Source of the DNA: a virus
Taxonomy: Duplodnaviria; Caudoviricetes
DNA length: 50,655 nt
Direction: 5' to 3' (one strand)
IMG/VR virus record: IMGVR_UViG_3300037459_000262
Coordinates: 1 to 50,655 of that record
Made by a program: the position numbers and the translations under genes
The notes under the pieces: generated by a model
Told to the model about the DNA's origin: nothing
What the model saw: the letters and a program-made list of their open reading frames with translations, nothing else
Database searches by the model: none
In this document: positions 1-11,011 of the stretch, in pieces
How positions within the stretch are numbered: the first letter of the stretch is position 1
Layout: the number at the start of each line of letters is the position of its first letter

Positions 1-1011
1 AAATCCTGCAATGTTTGTAATGAATCGTCCAGCCCAATCTTTATCAGTATTAATAGACAATGTACTAAGCAATCCACCAGCAGCAGTAGAAAGATCCACC
101 AAAGTTGCATGGTATGATGTACCACCATCAAGTGTAGCTAATCTAAATAATGTTCTTGCATTTGCTGCTTTATCTAATAGAGTATCCATCAGAGCTCCAT
201 TCTTAATTGCAGAGTCAACTGTGGATAGTTTACGATCACCTACTGAATCCTGAATGAATAAAACATAGACATCCTCACCTACTGTATTTGTAGGATCTCC
301 AATAATTTGCAGTCCAATATTTCCTGCTGGAAACTGAATTTGTTTTGCGTTTCCAGTCTCTATACTAAGATCAATTGTTTGGTTAAATTCAGCAGCTGGT
401 TCAAGGTCAACTTTTGGATATAAAATTGGAAAGGATATTCCAGTACCACCACCACCAGTACCACCAACTACTCTCCATTTTGCAGTTGTAATGTCATATG
501 TTAAATCAACTACTGCATTTCCAGATAATTCAAAGTTACTACCTCCTGGTGTAAAAATTGTATTATCAATTGCAGAGCCTGTATTTTTTATTGTAATTAT
601 TTGTGTGTCAATATTGTATAGTCTTAGTCTTTGACCAGTACGTTGTGCTCCAAGTATTGTAATTAAATCACCTGTACCTCCTGCTACAAACACAATTTTA
701 TCAATAGATGCTCGTGGTAAAGGAGTGCCACTAGCATCTTCTAAAAGATTTATGGTACTAGTTTCAACATCTAAAACAGCAGTATCTAAAAGAAATCCAA
801 GATTTCCACGAAATAATGCACCATCAAGGTCTGCATTTCTCTGATCTCTGCCTGACTGTAGAAAGTTTCCATACCCACTAGAATCATTAAAAACACCACC
901 ACCCAAGCCTTGTGCATTTTGCTGAGAACTTAGGACAAAGTTTTCATTATTAGATTCTGATTGATACACCTCATCATTTGAGTTATCAGAGAAGAGTCTA
1001 CCTTTGCCCAT
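1..1011 (-). CDS. Virion/tail structural protein, partial (runs off the window's left end)
   Basis: Not in the ORF track. Open frame from ATG at 1011 (MGKGRLFSDNSNDEVYQSES...) to position 1 with no stop. The AATACCCTTA motif lies 32 nt upstream. Gly/Thr-rich. Confidence 0.7.
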   Translation of the reverse strand, partial: MGKGRLFSDNSNDEVYQSESNNENFVLSSQQNAQGLGGGVFNDSSGYGNFLQSGRDQRNADLDGALFRGNLGFLLDTAVLDVETSTINLLEDASGTPLPRASIDKIVFVAGGTGDLITILGAQRTGQRLRLYNIDTQIITIKNTGSAIDNTIFTPGGSNFELSGNAVVDLTYDITTAKWRVVGGTGGGGTGISFPILYPKVDLEPAAEFNQTIDLSIETGNAKQIQFPAGNIGLQIIGDPTNTVGEDVYVLFIQDSVGDRKLSTVDSAIKNGALMDTLLDKAANARTLFRLATLDGGTSYHATLVDLSTAAGGLLSTLSINTDKDWAGRFITNIAGF

Positions 1012-1056
1012 ACAAAAAAAGTGATTTTTGGAATAAGGGTATTTTTAATTAATTAA

Positions 1057-4000
1057 TCACACGAAGCGTTTGACACTGGTGATAGTTCTTGTGAATCCAC
1101 CTTCTCCTGTTCCAGGTGATGTTAAATTATACTGAATATGCTTCACTACAAGCTTTATTTTTTTGGCACTAGGATTAGTTGAATCATCTTGATCATTTAC
1201 TAGTTGGTCATTTTCAAAAAAGTATCCATCACCAAACTTTAGTGAAAACAGCTCACCGCCAGCAGTCTCTATCTGATATTGTTTTAGCTGGAATTGTTCT
1301 TTTTCAAGTTCTGTCTGTGCATCATTTTGGAGTTGTTTAAATGAAATAATATGTGGTCTTTTTCTAAACTGTGCTTCGAGATTTATGTCAGTATCAGGCT
1401 GACGTGCAATAGCTAAAAGTGGTTTTGTAAAATGAAAATCATCAAGTGTTAGTGCAAGTGTTCCTCCAAAAAGTTTAGCAAGTGAACTATTATTAATATC
1501 AAAATCTAATGCATTACCAGACAAATCAGGTGCAAACCGTCCAAACTCATCATAAAAATTCTGAAGCTGAAATCCTACGAACTGGATTTCTCGAAATGCA
1601 AACCTGTTTACAATTTCAAGCTCCTGTGGTAAAATCAATGAGGCAATATTGTTTAGTTGAAGATCAAAGAATCTAGGCTTTTTTCCTCTGTAAATCTTAA
1701 ATGACGAAAACGGAATCTTTACTGGAAAAAATACATCAACAAAGGGAATCTCTACGTCATAAAATACTGTATTGTCATATCTATCAATCATCCAGATTCT
1801 AACTGTAGTGATTCCGTCAAGTTTTGCATTACTCAGAGTTAGATTTGTAATTTTAATAATTACTGCAATCTCCTGCAGCTGTCCCAAGTCCTCGCTTTCT
1901 GTTTGGTTAAATCCTCTAGTTCCCCTACTAGTCCATGTCATGTTTTGCGTATCAAGAAAGGATGGCTGCAAACTATCTTCACCAAATGCTCCTGATGGAG
2001 TAGCAGTTCCAAAGACATTTCCTACAGTAACTGATGGTGCACCAAAATTATTTGGAGAAAATGGAATACGAAATACAGCCCACGCTCCTTTTTTGAAAAA
2101 ATCACCTACTGGAGTAGTAGAACCAGATAAAAAACGGGTTAGAAAATTACTTCCCATTTCATACTTGAATTCTAAAGCAGAAAAGATGTTTGTAGTAAAT
2201 GGACTTCCATCTTTTGTTACATCTGGATGGTTAGTACTGTCAGTCTCAGCAGGTTTTGGATCAAAGGATTCAGATGATTTTATGCTAGTATATTGATGTA
2301 AACAGTCAACTGCTAAATCACTAGTAACTAAACTCCATGTATCATCGTCATCAGTATTCCACTGATAAATTAAACCATCATCAATTACTACTACCTGCAT
2401 ATTATCAATATCAGTTCCAGTATCTGCTGGTCTGTACTTTACAATCCATTCTTCGCCACTCCATTCAGCAATATTATTTAGAAATGGAATTCCGTTTGAA
2501 TCATTTCCTGTAAATCCCGTTGCAACTCCATCAATTAGCATTCGTCTGCCAACAGGAAACTGGTTCTGCTGTCCTGAATACGCCCATCTATCAGCAGCTA
2601 CTGCTATTGATTCACCACTAGTTACAGATGCAGTTGCAGTAGCTGTTGTTCCAAATGAAGGGGAAGCTATTGTAACAGTTGGTGCAGATGTGTAACTAGA
2701 ACCGCCATCATCTACAGTAATAATAGATACTGCTCCATTAGATAAAATTGCACTTGCAGTAGCTCCATTTCCACCACCTCCACTAAGATTTACAGATGGT
2801 GTAGATGTGTAACCAGAACCGCCATCATCCACAGTAATGAGAATTACACGACCGCCACCATCACTAATCCTAAAGTCTACCCAAGTTCTAAGAAACTTGG
2901 CATCAATTGTATTATCCAATACAACAATGTTAATGTCAAACATTGTAGCACCAAGTTTTCCGTTATCAGTGTCTGGAATAATAGTTTCATTACCGATGAA
3001 CTTTACCTCACTAGGATTAGCACCACAGTTTGCCCATTCCTTTACTTTGTCATCAGTCCATTCTGAATATTGAATTGTATCTCCAAACTCATCGGACATG
3101 TCGATTTGTTCCCAGTTTGTAGGATCACTTGGAGGATTTGGAAATGGAGGATTTGGAGGACTTGTAATATTATTTTTTGCTCGAAAGTGTTTGTTATCTA
3201 GATATTTTACAAGAGAGTCTTTTAGATAGAAAAGCTGATCATTCCATTGTGGTCTAAAAATAAATTGATCAACACCACTTGCATATTTTGAGTGACCTGT
3301 CGGTAGAGAGCCGTGAGTCTGTGATCCCCATGCTGCTACTTGTGTTGCAGTAGCTGCTGCTATTCCTACATCAGTAGAGCCAATATTGACATTAAAAACT
3401 ACATCACCGCTTTCTGGTTGTATAAGAGTTGGAAGTGATGCATCATCATCAAGATCAATACTTCTACCTCCTTGCGAAAATAATGCAATATCTAACTGGT
3501 TAACACTTGGAGTTTCAAAACCCAATTCAAAATAATCCAGTACTCCGCCAAAAGCAACAGAGGAACCAAGCTTGTCAAGCATTTGGTTCCAGCGATTATA
3601 TCCAGTATCCTCAACTAGTCCATATTCATAATGATTAACTGTAAAACTTGGAAAACCATTTCCAACGCCACTTGATTGAAGATAACCAAGTGTATGTTTG
3701 GTTAATACTGGTTGCAGAGAATTTCTGTTGTCATTGTAACTAACTCCAATTTCTCGTGCAACACGAAACGCATCAGCAAAGAAAAATCTTCCTGCAAAAT
3801 TTATTCGCTGTGTATGATATTCTATACCAATTAGATTTAGCTCTAAAATTGTTCCATCAGTTTTGGTCTGTGATGGAACTACAAGTGGATTAAACTCAAA
3901 GAATCGGTTATATGTATTTCCTGCCAAGTCTTCTGCTTGGACTCTAAATCTGTCAAATTGAACAAGTACAGGCTGTGAGCCTTTGGTTGTAATGAAATTA

Positions 4001-4167
4001 CCAAATACTCCTGAAAGCTTTAAGATACATTCGTTTACCTGTCCAGAACCTGTATCAGTAAATGAGATTCCTAGTACTTCTTCTGTAATGTCTAGTGTTG
4101 TAGTGTAATCACTTGATGCAGAAAAATATGTTACAAAGAAATTTTTGATATTGCCAATATTTGCCAA
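1057..4167 (-). CDS. Large tail/baseplate hub-like structural protein (1036 aa)
   Basis: Long ORF in the tail module with its own promoter motif. Contains an inserted DDGGSGY repeat module and a short carbohydrate-binding-like segment ([15 protein letters not shown]...WEQI). Confidence 0.6.
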   Translation of the reverse strand: MANIGNIKNFFVTYFSASSDYTTTLDITEEVLGISFTDTGSGQVNECILKLSGVFGNFITTKGSQPVLVQFDRFRVQAEDLAGNTYNRFFEFNPLVVPSQTKTDGTILELNLIGIEYHTQRINFAGRFFFADAFRVAREIGVSYNDNRNSLQPVLTKHTLGYLQSSGVGNGFPSFTVNHYEYGLVEDTGYNRWNQMLDKLGSSVAFGGVLDYFELGFETPSVNQLDIALFSQGGRSIDLDDDASLPTLIQPESGDVVFNVNIGSTDVGIAAATATQVAAWGSQTHGSLPTGHSKYASGVDQFIFRPQWNDQLFYLKDSLVKYLDNKHFRAKNNITSPPNPPFPNPPSDPTNWEQIDMSDEFGDTIQYSEWTDDKVKEWANCGANPSEVKFIGNETIIPDTDNGKLGATMFDINIVVLDNTIDAKFLRTWVDFRISDGGGRVILITVDDGGSGYTSTPSVNLSGGGGNGATASAILSNGAVSIITVDDGGSSYTSAPTVTIASPSFGTTATATASVTSGESIAVAADRWAYSGQQNQFPVGRRMLIDGVATGFTGNDSNGIPFLNNIAEWSGEEWIVKYRPADTGTDIDNMQVVVIDDGLIYQWNTDDDDTWSLVTSDLAVDCLHQYTSIKSSESFDPKPAETDSTNHPDVTKDGSPFTTNIFSALEFKYEMGSNFLTRFLSGSTTPVGDFFKKGAWAVFRIPFSPNNFGAPSVTVGNVFGTATPSGAFGEDSLQPSFLDTQNMTWTSRGTRGFNQTESEDLGQLQEIAVIIKITNLTLSNAKLDGITTVRIWMIDRYDNTVFYDVEIPFVDVFFPVKIPFSSFKIYRGKKPRFFDLQLNNIASLILPQELEIVNRFAFREIQFVGFQLQNFYDEFGRFAPDLSGNALDFDINNSSLAKLFGGTLALTLDDFHFTKPLLAIARQPDTDINLEAQFRKRPHIISFKQLQNDAQTELEKEQFQLKQYQIETAGGELFSLKFGDGYFFENDQLVNDQDDSTNPSAKKIKLVVKHIQYNLTSPGTGEGGFTRTITSVKRFV

Positions 4168-4209
4168 TAAAGTTTAGGTGGTTTTTGAAATAAGGGTATT
4201 TTTCTTTCT

Positions 4210-4713
4210 CTATGTACCAAGACCTGATGGATCACCACTAAACCTCAAAGTCAGAACAACTCCTGCCTTTTGTTTGTATTCACCATCTCTAATTATTCTG
4301 GCTTGAGCCAAAACATATCCAAAATTCAGAGCAGGCGTAATATTGAATTGTGGCATGTCATCCATTCTCAAACCAAATCTACCTTTGGGAAAACCATCCT
4401 GTAGTGTCTTGTCTTCTTGTAGCCAAGTTACTAGATTAGCCAGATCTCCATTAGTTAATCGAGTTTGCCTTAGCTGTCCTGTAATTTGAACATCTATTCC
4501 CTGCAATCCCATATCTTGGACTTCGTTTATTTGTCCTGCAACTCTTGGGTTTTCAGGTGTAGAATTTCTATAGTTTACTTCAGTGTTAAACACAAAACTT
4601 CCAGTTGCAATAACGGGTTCTGAGTTGAATTTGATGATATTTACTGCAATAGCATCTTCTTCATCTGCTCCCTGAGTTGTTGTTGCCCTCCAGATTGCTG
4701 TATTATCTACCAG
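4210..4713 (-). CDS. Putative tail protein (distal-tail-like position)
   Basis: The track start at 4863 overlaps the upstream gene by 160 nt. A CTG at 4713, overlapping that gene's end, is a more plausible start. Function inferred from position only. Confidence 0.4.
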   Translation of the reverse strand: MVDNTAIWRATTTQGADEEDAIAVNIIKFNSEPVIATGSFVFNTEVNYRNSTPENPRVAGQINEVQDMGLQGIDVQITGQLRQTRLTNGDLANLVTWLQEDKTLQDGFPKGRFGLRMDDMPQFNITPALNFGYVLAQARIIRDGEYKQKAGVVLTLRFSGDPSGLGT

Positions 4714-5569
4714 GATTAAACACGTTCCTTCTTCTTGGGTTGCCTTGCGAATCAGTAACTGAACCGCTTGCATTTTGACTACGATAAATTTCTTGGCTGT
4801 TACGATAAGGTGAGGACTGTAAAATTCCTGTAGTACCACTAGAGAATTCAAAGAGATTTCCATTTACCTGTGATTGACCACCACGTAATCCTGCCATTGT
4901 AGTTACTCGAATCTCTTGATATCCGTGTCGAAGTTCTTCTTGAAGTTGTCTTTCATAAAAATTCATTGTCTCAATTCTTGCTATCCTCTTGAATCGTCTG
5001 TCAAGTGCTCTTCCTGGCTGCATGAACTGGTCTATTACAAACAAAACAGTCTCATAAATCAGAATTGCAAGTACTGCATAGATTCCACCTTTGGCAGCTG
5101 CCTTTCCATATTTTGATAAGAGTTTAGTTACACCAGCTACAATAAATGCAGAAGGATTTGTTGCAAGTCTAATTAGATTTGCACTTGCTTGGGATGATAA
5201 TCTGTTTATTATTCCAACAGGACCTTTCATGAATTTCTTTTGTTGTAAAGTAACTTTTTCTAATTGTAATTTTTTTAGTATTACTTTAGGGTCTTTACTG
5301 TCTGCACCTTTGATTTCTTCTTTGAGTTTTTTTATGAATTTTTTTAGATACCGAGTTTCTATTTGCTCAAATGTAGGAACACCAAAATCAGCACCAGCAA
5401 CTTTTTCTTTTTTCTTTTTTGGTTCTTCTTCTTTTATTGTAACTTCTTTTTTTACTCTAATATCATCTGCTCTTGCCATCTCTGATGAGAGATTTTCAAT
5501 AAATTGCTTGTCTTGCGGATCAACATCAATTTTTATTCTGATGTGAACAGAGTCTTCCCTATCTGCCAA
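4703..5569 (-). CDS. Putative short tape-measure-like/tail protein (288 aa)
   Basis: Helical, Lys-rich N-terminal half plus a hydrophobic segment (GGIYAVLAILIYETVLFVID). Lies downstream of the neck/tail genes. Confidence 0.35.
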   Translation of the reverse strand: MADREDSVHIRIKIDVDPQDKQFIENLSSEMARADDIRVKKEVTIKEEEPKKKKEKVAGADFGVPTFEQIETRYLKKFIKKLKEEIKGADSKDPKVILKKLQLEKVTLQQKKFMKGPVGIINRLSSQASANLIRLATNPSAFIVAGVTKLLSKYGKAAAKGGIYAVLAILIYETVLFVIDQFMQPGRALDRRFKRIARIETMNFYERQLQEELRHGYQEIRVTTMAGLRGGQSQVNGNLFEFSSGTTGILQSSPYRNSQEIYRSQNASGSVTDSQGNPRRRNVFNPGR

Positions 5570-6161
5570 AGAGCATACTTCTCCCTAACTCGCCTTCAAG
5601 TTCTTCTACAAGTTTTTTCTTAAACTCTGGATATCCTTTTCTAAATCCTTCAGAAAATACATGTCTTGCTTGTATTCCACTAATCCAGTGACCTTTAGAA
5701 AAAAATTTAATACCATTTTGTATCCACATTAATGCTTTTTTTCGTCTAGGAAGTATTGGATGGTCAGGTGTTCCCTCCTCAAACCATTCATCAAGTGGTT
5801 CTAGTTTTTCTCCCTTAAAGTCAACCCAAATCCAGAGATAGGTCCCATCAAAGTCAGATTGGATACTCTGAATGTATCGCTTTGGCATCTTTTTTTTGAG
5901 TGCTTCTTGATGGATTGCCTCTAGGAGTGTCTGGTTTGCAATGCTGAGAATTTTATAATTAATGAATTCCTGTATCCTAAATGATAAAGACTGGGTTCTT
6001 AATGCAGACAGGTAGAGATTACCGCTTGGGGCAAGAGTTGTTGTACTGCGTTTGGTGGGAGTTGTACTAGAAAATGTTTTGCTAAACATTTCAGGATCTT
6101 CAATTGCAAGTGGTGGTAAATCATCAAGATCATCATCCCGAAATGGAGAAAACGCTCCCAT
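5559..6161 (-). CDS. Neck/tail-completion protein (HK97 gp10-like)
   Basis: Motif EEGTPDHPILPRRKKALMW...GHWISGIQARH is typical of phage neck/tail-completion proteins. Confidence 0.55.
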   Translation of the reverse strand: MGAFSPFRDDDLDDLPPLAIEDPEMFSKTFSSTTPTKRSTTTLAPSGNLYLSALRTQSLSFRIQEFINYKILSIANQTLLEAIHQEALKKKMPKRYIQSIQSDFDGTYLWIWVDFKGEKLEPLDEWFEEGTPDHPILPRRKKALMWIQNGIKFFSKGHWISGIQARHVFSEGFRKGYPEFKKKLVEELEGELGRSMLFGR

Positions 6162-6164
6162 CTC

Positions 6165-6608
6165 TCAAGCCACCAGAATTGTATCCGTAGTTATTCGGAA
6201 TCTGACACGAAATATCAGACCACCTTCAATTGGTTTTATTATGTTAAAGTCAGGAAGTTCTGCTGTTACTGTCATTGTGACATTATCTCCACCTCCTCGT
6301 GGCTCTGCAATTATGTTAAAAACATTGGATGGAAGATTACCATCAGTATCAAGTACAGTTAGTAAGTTAAAACTATTAATTTCTGAAGTGGTTAATAGTA
6401 ATGTGGCATCAAAATAGTGGTCACCTTTTCCATAATAGTAGATTACTCCCCCATCAGTTGTTGGCTCTCTTGCTTCAGGTCTACCCAGATGAAAGTCTAG
6501 ATCCTGTAACATGACATATCTGCCAAGAGTAATACCGTCTTGTGTAGAACTATCTAACTCAAGTTTTAGATTCTGTGCATTTACAAGATCACCAATAACA
6601 CCAACCAT
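6165..6608 (-). CDS. Putative tail tube protein (147 aa)
   Basis: Size, beta-rich pattern, own late promoter motif and position in the tail module. Confidence 0.4.
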   Translation of the reverse strand: MVGVIGDLVNAQNLKLELDSSTQDGITLGRYVMLQDLDFHLGRPEAREPTTDGGVIYYYGKGDHYFDATLLLTTSEINSFNLLTVLDTDGNLPSNVFNIIAEPRGGGDNVTMTVTAELPDFNIIKPIEGGLIFRVRFRITTDTILVA

Positions 6609-6654
6609 GAATTTTAGGTGATTTTTGAAATAAGGGTATTTTGTTTACAGTCTT

Positions 6655-8943
6655 TTAGTCTACTCTTCCAATCTCTAACCATGTAGTCTCTGGTGTGAAA
6701 ACAAAAGTTACACTAGTCCCAACTGGTTCATTAGCAAAACCTGTTACTAGATCTAGTGGTGCAAATCCACTACCAGGCATCCCTCCATTTGTAAAACTTG
6801 TACTACCAGTATCCACTATTATTGTAACTTTAGAACCTACTTGCCATCCTGCTGTTGCAATGCCCACAAGAGTTTCAGTAGATTGAAGATAAAATGTATT
6901 TCCGTCTGTTAAAGTAAGGTCACCTCCAGCTACAACAGTTACATCATCTGATGTTTCCTGAAATCTCCCAGTTACGATGACATCTTTGAGTAAGTTGATA
7001 GTTCCTATTCCTTTTGTGTCAATATCCAAAGAAACATCAGTATTATCACCGCTTGACTTTATTATTGGTGCATTACCAGTTGCTTCATTTGAGATAGTTA
7101 TTTCATTTATTGCACTGACAACTGCACTAGGAAATAGAATTAACTCAGCTCCATTTGAATCATTGATACTGCTCGCACTTGTAATTCGAGGAGCAGTTAG
7201 TGTCTTGTTTGTGAGTGTCTGGGTGCCAGCAAGTGTTACAACATTACTATCAGTTTGAAATGCTGGAGCATTACCAGAACCATTACTTGTCAATACTTCT
7301 CCAGCAGTTCCAACTCCAGTATTTCCAATTGCACTTGTACCATTACCAAACAAAATACCATTTTCAGTTAATGTTATTCTACCCGTACCTCCGTTTTCAA
7401 CTGGAAGTGCATCTGTAACTGCATCAGTTAATGAAATTTGCCCACCACCAGCTGTGTCAGAGTGATCATGGTTTGCAGCAGAAAAGCTTGCTATAATCGG
7501 AGTAGTTAATGTTGGCGATAGATTTAACACAACAGAACCCGAACCAGTAGAAGTAGTAACACCAGTACCACCAAATAGAACTGCAATATTTCCAGCTTGC
7601 CATGTACCACTAGTTACAGTTCCAAGTAGAGTAATTGCAGAAGATGAGCCAACATCTAAAGTTGCAGGATCAGTGGTTCCATCACCAATTAGTATTTCAC
7701 CATCTCCAAGTACAGCAAATGCAGTAATTGCACTTGTACCACTACCAAGTAAAATACCGCCATCAGTTAGAGTAGTAACACCAGTACCACCAAATGGAAC
7801 TGCAATGGTATCAGCTTGCCATTCTCCTGTAGTAACAGTACCGAGTGTAACAATACTTGATTGTCCTGGATATGTTGAAGAGATGCTAGCAGAAATTTCT
7901 GCTTCGTCTGTATCATCTTCTACTAGAAAATTAATGTTATTAGCGGTATCAAGAAAATTAAGTGCTGTTTTATTTACTGATACATTAGATCCTTCTAGTC
8001 TTACAATCCTTAATGTACCAGAAGTTGCTGGACTTTGAAATGTTGGAGCATTATCAGAACCATTACTAGTTAATACTTGATCAGCAGTTCCCTGAGAAGT
8101 AGTAGCAGCTACAAAAGAAGAATTAAATTTTAGAAAATCATTATCAACAACTTTATCAACTTCAAGTAAGAGATCATCACTATTACCACTATTTCTCCAT
8201 CCAATAACATCTGTATTTGTCAATCTAAGAATTCCTGCACTTGAAGGAGAACTATTTTCTGATACAAAAAATAGAGATTTAGTTCCTTGTGCAAAATCAT
8301 TTAGTACACTAAGAAGTGGAATGTTTGATGAATCAGCCAAGTTAGATGATGATCCAACGACTTTGTTAGCACCAACACTACCTAATGTTAGACCTGTAAT
8401 AATATTAGTGGCAACGTCAAGCGATTTGTTTAGTAAAGTTTGAGAAAGTGACAAGTCAACTATCTCTCTTGTGGCAGGAGTGCTGTCACCATACTGAAGT
8501 GTGTCTGAACTTCTAAAGATATCACCTGCTACTACTGGTGCTGGAACTTGATTGTTTATATTAATTCCAGCATTATCATCATCAGCTACAAATGACTGCT
8601 TGTTTCCTGCCCCATAGGTATTTGCATCATCAGTAGTTACAACAACTGAGTCCAAAGTAAATGTAATATCATCATCATTTTGTGTAAGATTAATTCTATT
8701 TGATTCACCTATTAATTTTCTAAATTGTAAGATTGTTACGGCTTTCTCAGCAAAGACTTCTGAACCTGGAATACCAAGATTTGTTCCATCACTGACCCCT
8801 CCTGTTCCACCAGGGAGATTGCTTAACTTGAGTCGTTTATTTGTAGTATCAGGGTTTGAATCTGTTGAATCTAATATTAGTATTTCATCATCGTTACTAG
8901 CTTGTTCTGCCTTTTCAGCTTTTTCGCTCCAAGGAAGTGACAT
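6655..8943 (-). CDS. Tail/head fibre protein (762 aa)
   Basis: Repeats of LGTVTxGxW, GGTGxTT, GQVLTSNGS and QTLTNKTL typical of phage fibres. Confidence 0.7.
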   Translation of the reverse strand: MSLPWSEKAEKAEQASNDDEILILDSTDSNPDTTNKRLKLSNLPGGTGGVSDGTNLGIPGSEVFAEKAVTILQFRKLIGESNRINLTQNDDDITFTLDSVVVTTDDANTYGAGNKQSFVADDDNAGININNQVPAPVVAGDIFRSSDTLQYGDSTPATREIVDLSLSQTLLNKSLDVATNIITGLTLGSVGANKVVGSSSNLADSSNIPLLSVLNDFAQGTKSLFFVSENSSPSSAGILRLTNTDVIGWRNSGNSDDLLLEVDKVVDNDFLKFNSSFVAATTSQGTADQVLTSNGSDNAPTFQSPATSGTLRIVRLEGSNVSVNKTALNFLDTANNINFLVEDDTDEAEISASISSTYPGQSSIVTLGTVTTGEWQADTIAVPFGGTGVTTLTDGGILLGSGTSAITAFAVLGDGEILIGDGTTDPATLDVGSSSAITLLGTVTSGTWQAGNIAVLFGGTGVTTSTGSGSVVLNLSPTLTTPIIASFSAANHDHSDTAGGGQISLTDAVTDALPVENGGTGRITLTENGILFGNGTSAIGNTGVGTAGEVLTSNGSGNAPAFQTDSNVVTLAGTQTLTNKTLTAPRITSASSINDSNGAELILFPSAVVSAINEITISNEATGNAPIIKSSGDNTDVSLDIDTKGIGTINLLKDVIVTGRFQETSDDVTVVAGGDLTLTDGNTFYLQSTETLVGIATAGWQVGSKVTIIVDTGSTSFTNGGMPGSGFAPLDLVTGFANEPVGTSVTFVFTPETTWLEIGRVD

Positions 8944-8980
8944 GATTAAAAATGAATTTTTGGAATAAGGGTATTTTTAT

Positions 8981-10540
8981 TTATCCATAACCCATGTTAT
9001 CTGTATCTTCATATTGCATATTACCAGAAGTGCCAGTTTCATTTCCATACAACATATCTCCAGTAATGAAAAATGATGTAGGACCAGTAAGATTTCCACT
9101 AATTCTAAATTCAACGAGTCGTTCATTTTCTGTAATTTTCTCCACATTTGTAATATTTACTGAAACTAGTTCGGTCAGAGAAGAGGAAGGTGTCTCAGTG
9201 TTTGGGGTGATGTGAAAAAATGAGGCAGTTCCAAGCTCGCCATTTGATTGTGGCAGAAATATTTGAGAAAGTGAATTTAGTGTAGTTGGTGTAATGTCAC
9301 TTTTTTTGAGTTGCATGTTGCAGAGAAATCTGCCACTAAATGAACCTCTGAAAAAATTGGGAATTGCTGTAGTAGTTGGAGAGTCAGTTGTAACATATGG
9401 AATGTTTCGCCATCCTTGCAGTATTTGTACTCGCTCAACTTGTGAGTATAGATAGTCAGCAGTTGGTAATGAATCACCACTAGAGCGTGAAAAATCAAAT
9501 AACAAAATTCCGCCATATCCAATAAATACTTCGGGACTGCTAGATACAATTCTTGATAGTGTGAATCGTAATGTTCTAGTTAATTCTGGATCATCAGGCA
9601 AGAACGTATCGTCTTTAGTCCATCCAGTGTTTGTGGAAAAAAATTCTCCAGTAACAGTAGATGGTGCAAATACTGTCTTAAGAATTCGTGATACTTCACT
9701 AGTCATCTGTTGCATCAAGTCAATCCAAACAGAAAACTGATCATCAGCTGCATCAATTACTTGCAAAAAGCATGTAATCTCAAATGTTTCTGATTGCTCA
9801 AAGAACTTTGGATGCTCAATAATGTTTTCATTTCCTAGTGCGTTAATCTTTTGAACAGTAATTGCTTTAGGAAATTTATTTCCAGGAACTTGTCCTCGCT
9901 CAAAAAAGTGAACAGATTCAGTCATAGTATCTGTAGTTTCTTTTGCTAGTTCGCCAGTTAGTGACCAGTTATCAAATAGTAACTCTTGTATGGTTTGAGC
10001 TTCTGATGTTGCAAGAGTAGTGCTTGCAGTATCAGAAGCTGATCCAATGCCCTCACTATTTATTGCAGATACACGATAAATAGCATTGATTCTAACGGGA
10101 GTTATTGGAGTATCAGTAAAAAAAGTATCAGTGCTATTAGTATTTGCAACTATAGTTGTAAATGAAGTGTTAATTGTTGCAGTAGCAGTTGCTGTAGTTC
10201 CAGATGCAGGAGGATCTATTGTAACAGTTGGTGCAGTAATGTATCCAGAGCCCATTTCATCTACAGTTATTGTATCAACTACATCTGTGTCAAGTATTGC
10301 AGTAGCAGTTGCTGTAGTTCCAGATGCAGGGGAAGCTATTGTAACAGTTGGTACAGATGCATAACCAGAGCCCCCATCATCTACAACAATAGTAAAAACA
10401 CTACGTCCCAAACTTCGTTCTATTTCATATCCAATAATTTCAGGATCTGCAACAGGAACAGGTGCATCCCATGTTAGTTTTGCAGTGTTTATGTTTGTGC
10501 CATCAGCTGATAAATTCAGAGGAGCAGTTGGTAGTGCCAT
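8981..10540 (-). CDS. Structural protein with N-terminal fibronectin type III domain (519 aa)
   Basis: FnIII signature PTAPLNLSA...LTWDAP...IIGYEIER...YRVSAINSEGIG, interrupted by a GGSGY repeat module. C-terminal part may be tail-terminator-like (inference). Confidence 0.6.
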   Translation of the reverse strand: MALPTAPLNLSADGTNINTAKLTWDAPVPVADPEIIGYEIERSLGRSVFTIVVDDGGSGYASVPTVTIASPASGTTATATAILDTDVVDTITVDEMGSGYITAPTVTIDPPASGTTATATATINTSFTTIVANTNSTDTFFTDTPITPVRINAIYRVSAINSEGIGSASDTASTTLATSEAQTIQELLFDNWSLTGELAKETTDTMTESVHFFERGQVPGNKFPKAITVQKINALGNENIIEHPKFFEQSETFEITCFLQVIDAADDQFSVWIDLMQQMTSEVSRILKTVFAPSTVTGEFFSTNTGWTKDDTFLPDDPELTRTLRFTLSRIVSSSPEVFIGYGGILLFDFSRSSGDSLPTADYLYSQVERVQILQGWRNIPYVTTDSPTTTAIPNFFRGSFSGRFLCNMQLKKSDITPTTLNSLSQIFLPQSNGELGTASFFHITPNTETPSSSLTELVSVNITNVEKITENERLVEFRISGNLTGPTSFFITGDMLYGNETGTSGNMQYEDTDNMGYG

Positions 10541-10938
10541 TATCTAGTTGTTGTTGTAAATCCCGTAATTCCTGATGTCACACCAAATGTATTAGCACCA
10601 GACAGACCACTTGGATTTTTTCGTCCATATGTAACTAGAACATAGTCTTGCATTGATTTTTTTGCCTGGTTTGTTGCCTCCATCATCTCAGTTTTTCTTG
10701 GGTTTTGAAACTGGTTGAAATATGCAGCTGCTAGTTGTGATGCCATAGATGTCAGTTCAGGATCAGATGGACTTACTGGAATGTCTGCATGTAATCGTAT
10801 TTGGTTTGCAGTATAATTGTCAGATGCGTTTCTTGCAGTGTTAATTTTTACATCAGAGTCATCATTGCTTCGAGCAATGTTTAGGTAATCTTTAGTTTCA
10901 TTAATAGTAGAAAATACCTGATCAGGAGTTGAGGACAC
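10540..10938 (-). CDS. Head-tail adaptor/connector (132 aa)
   Basis: Size, helical pattern (STINETKDYL...ASQLAAAYF) and position after the head genes. Confidence 0.5.
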   Translation of the reverse strand: MSSTPDQVFSTINETKDYLNIARSNDDSDVKINTARNASDNYTANQIRLHADIPVSPSDPELTSMASQLAAAYFNQFQNPRKTEMMEATNQAKKSMQDYVLVTYGRKNPSGLSGANTFGVTSGITGFTTTTR

Positions 10939-11011
10939 AAAAAAAAGTTGTTTAGTAGGTTAAGGGTATTTTGATGGATTGATTATGGAATCATTAGTTA
11001 TTCTCTCCCAA

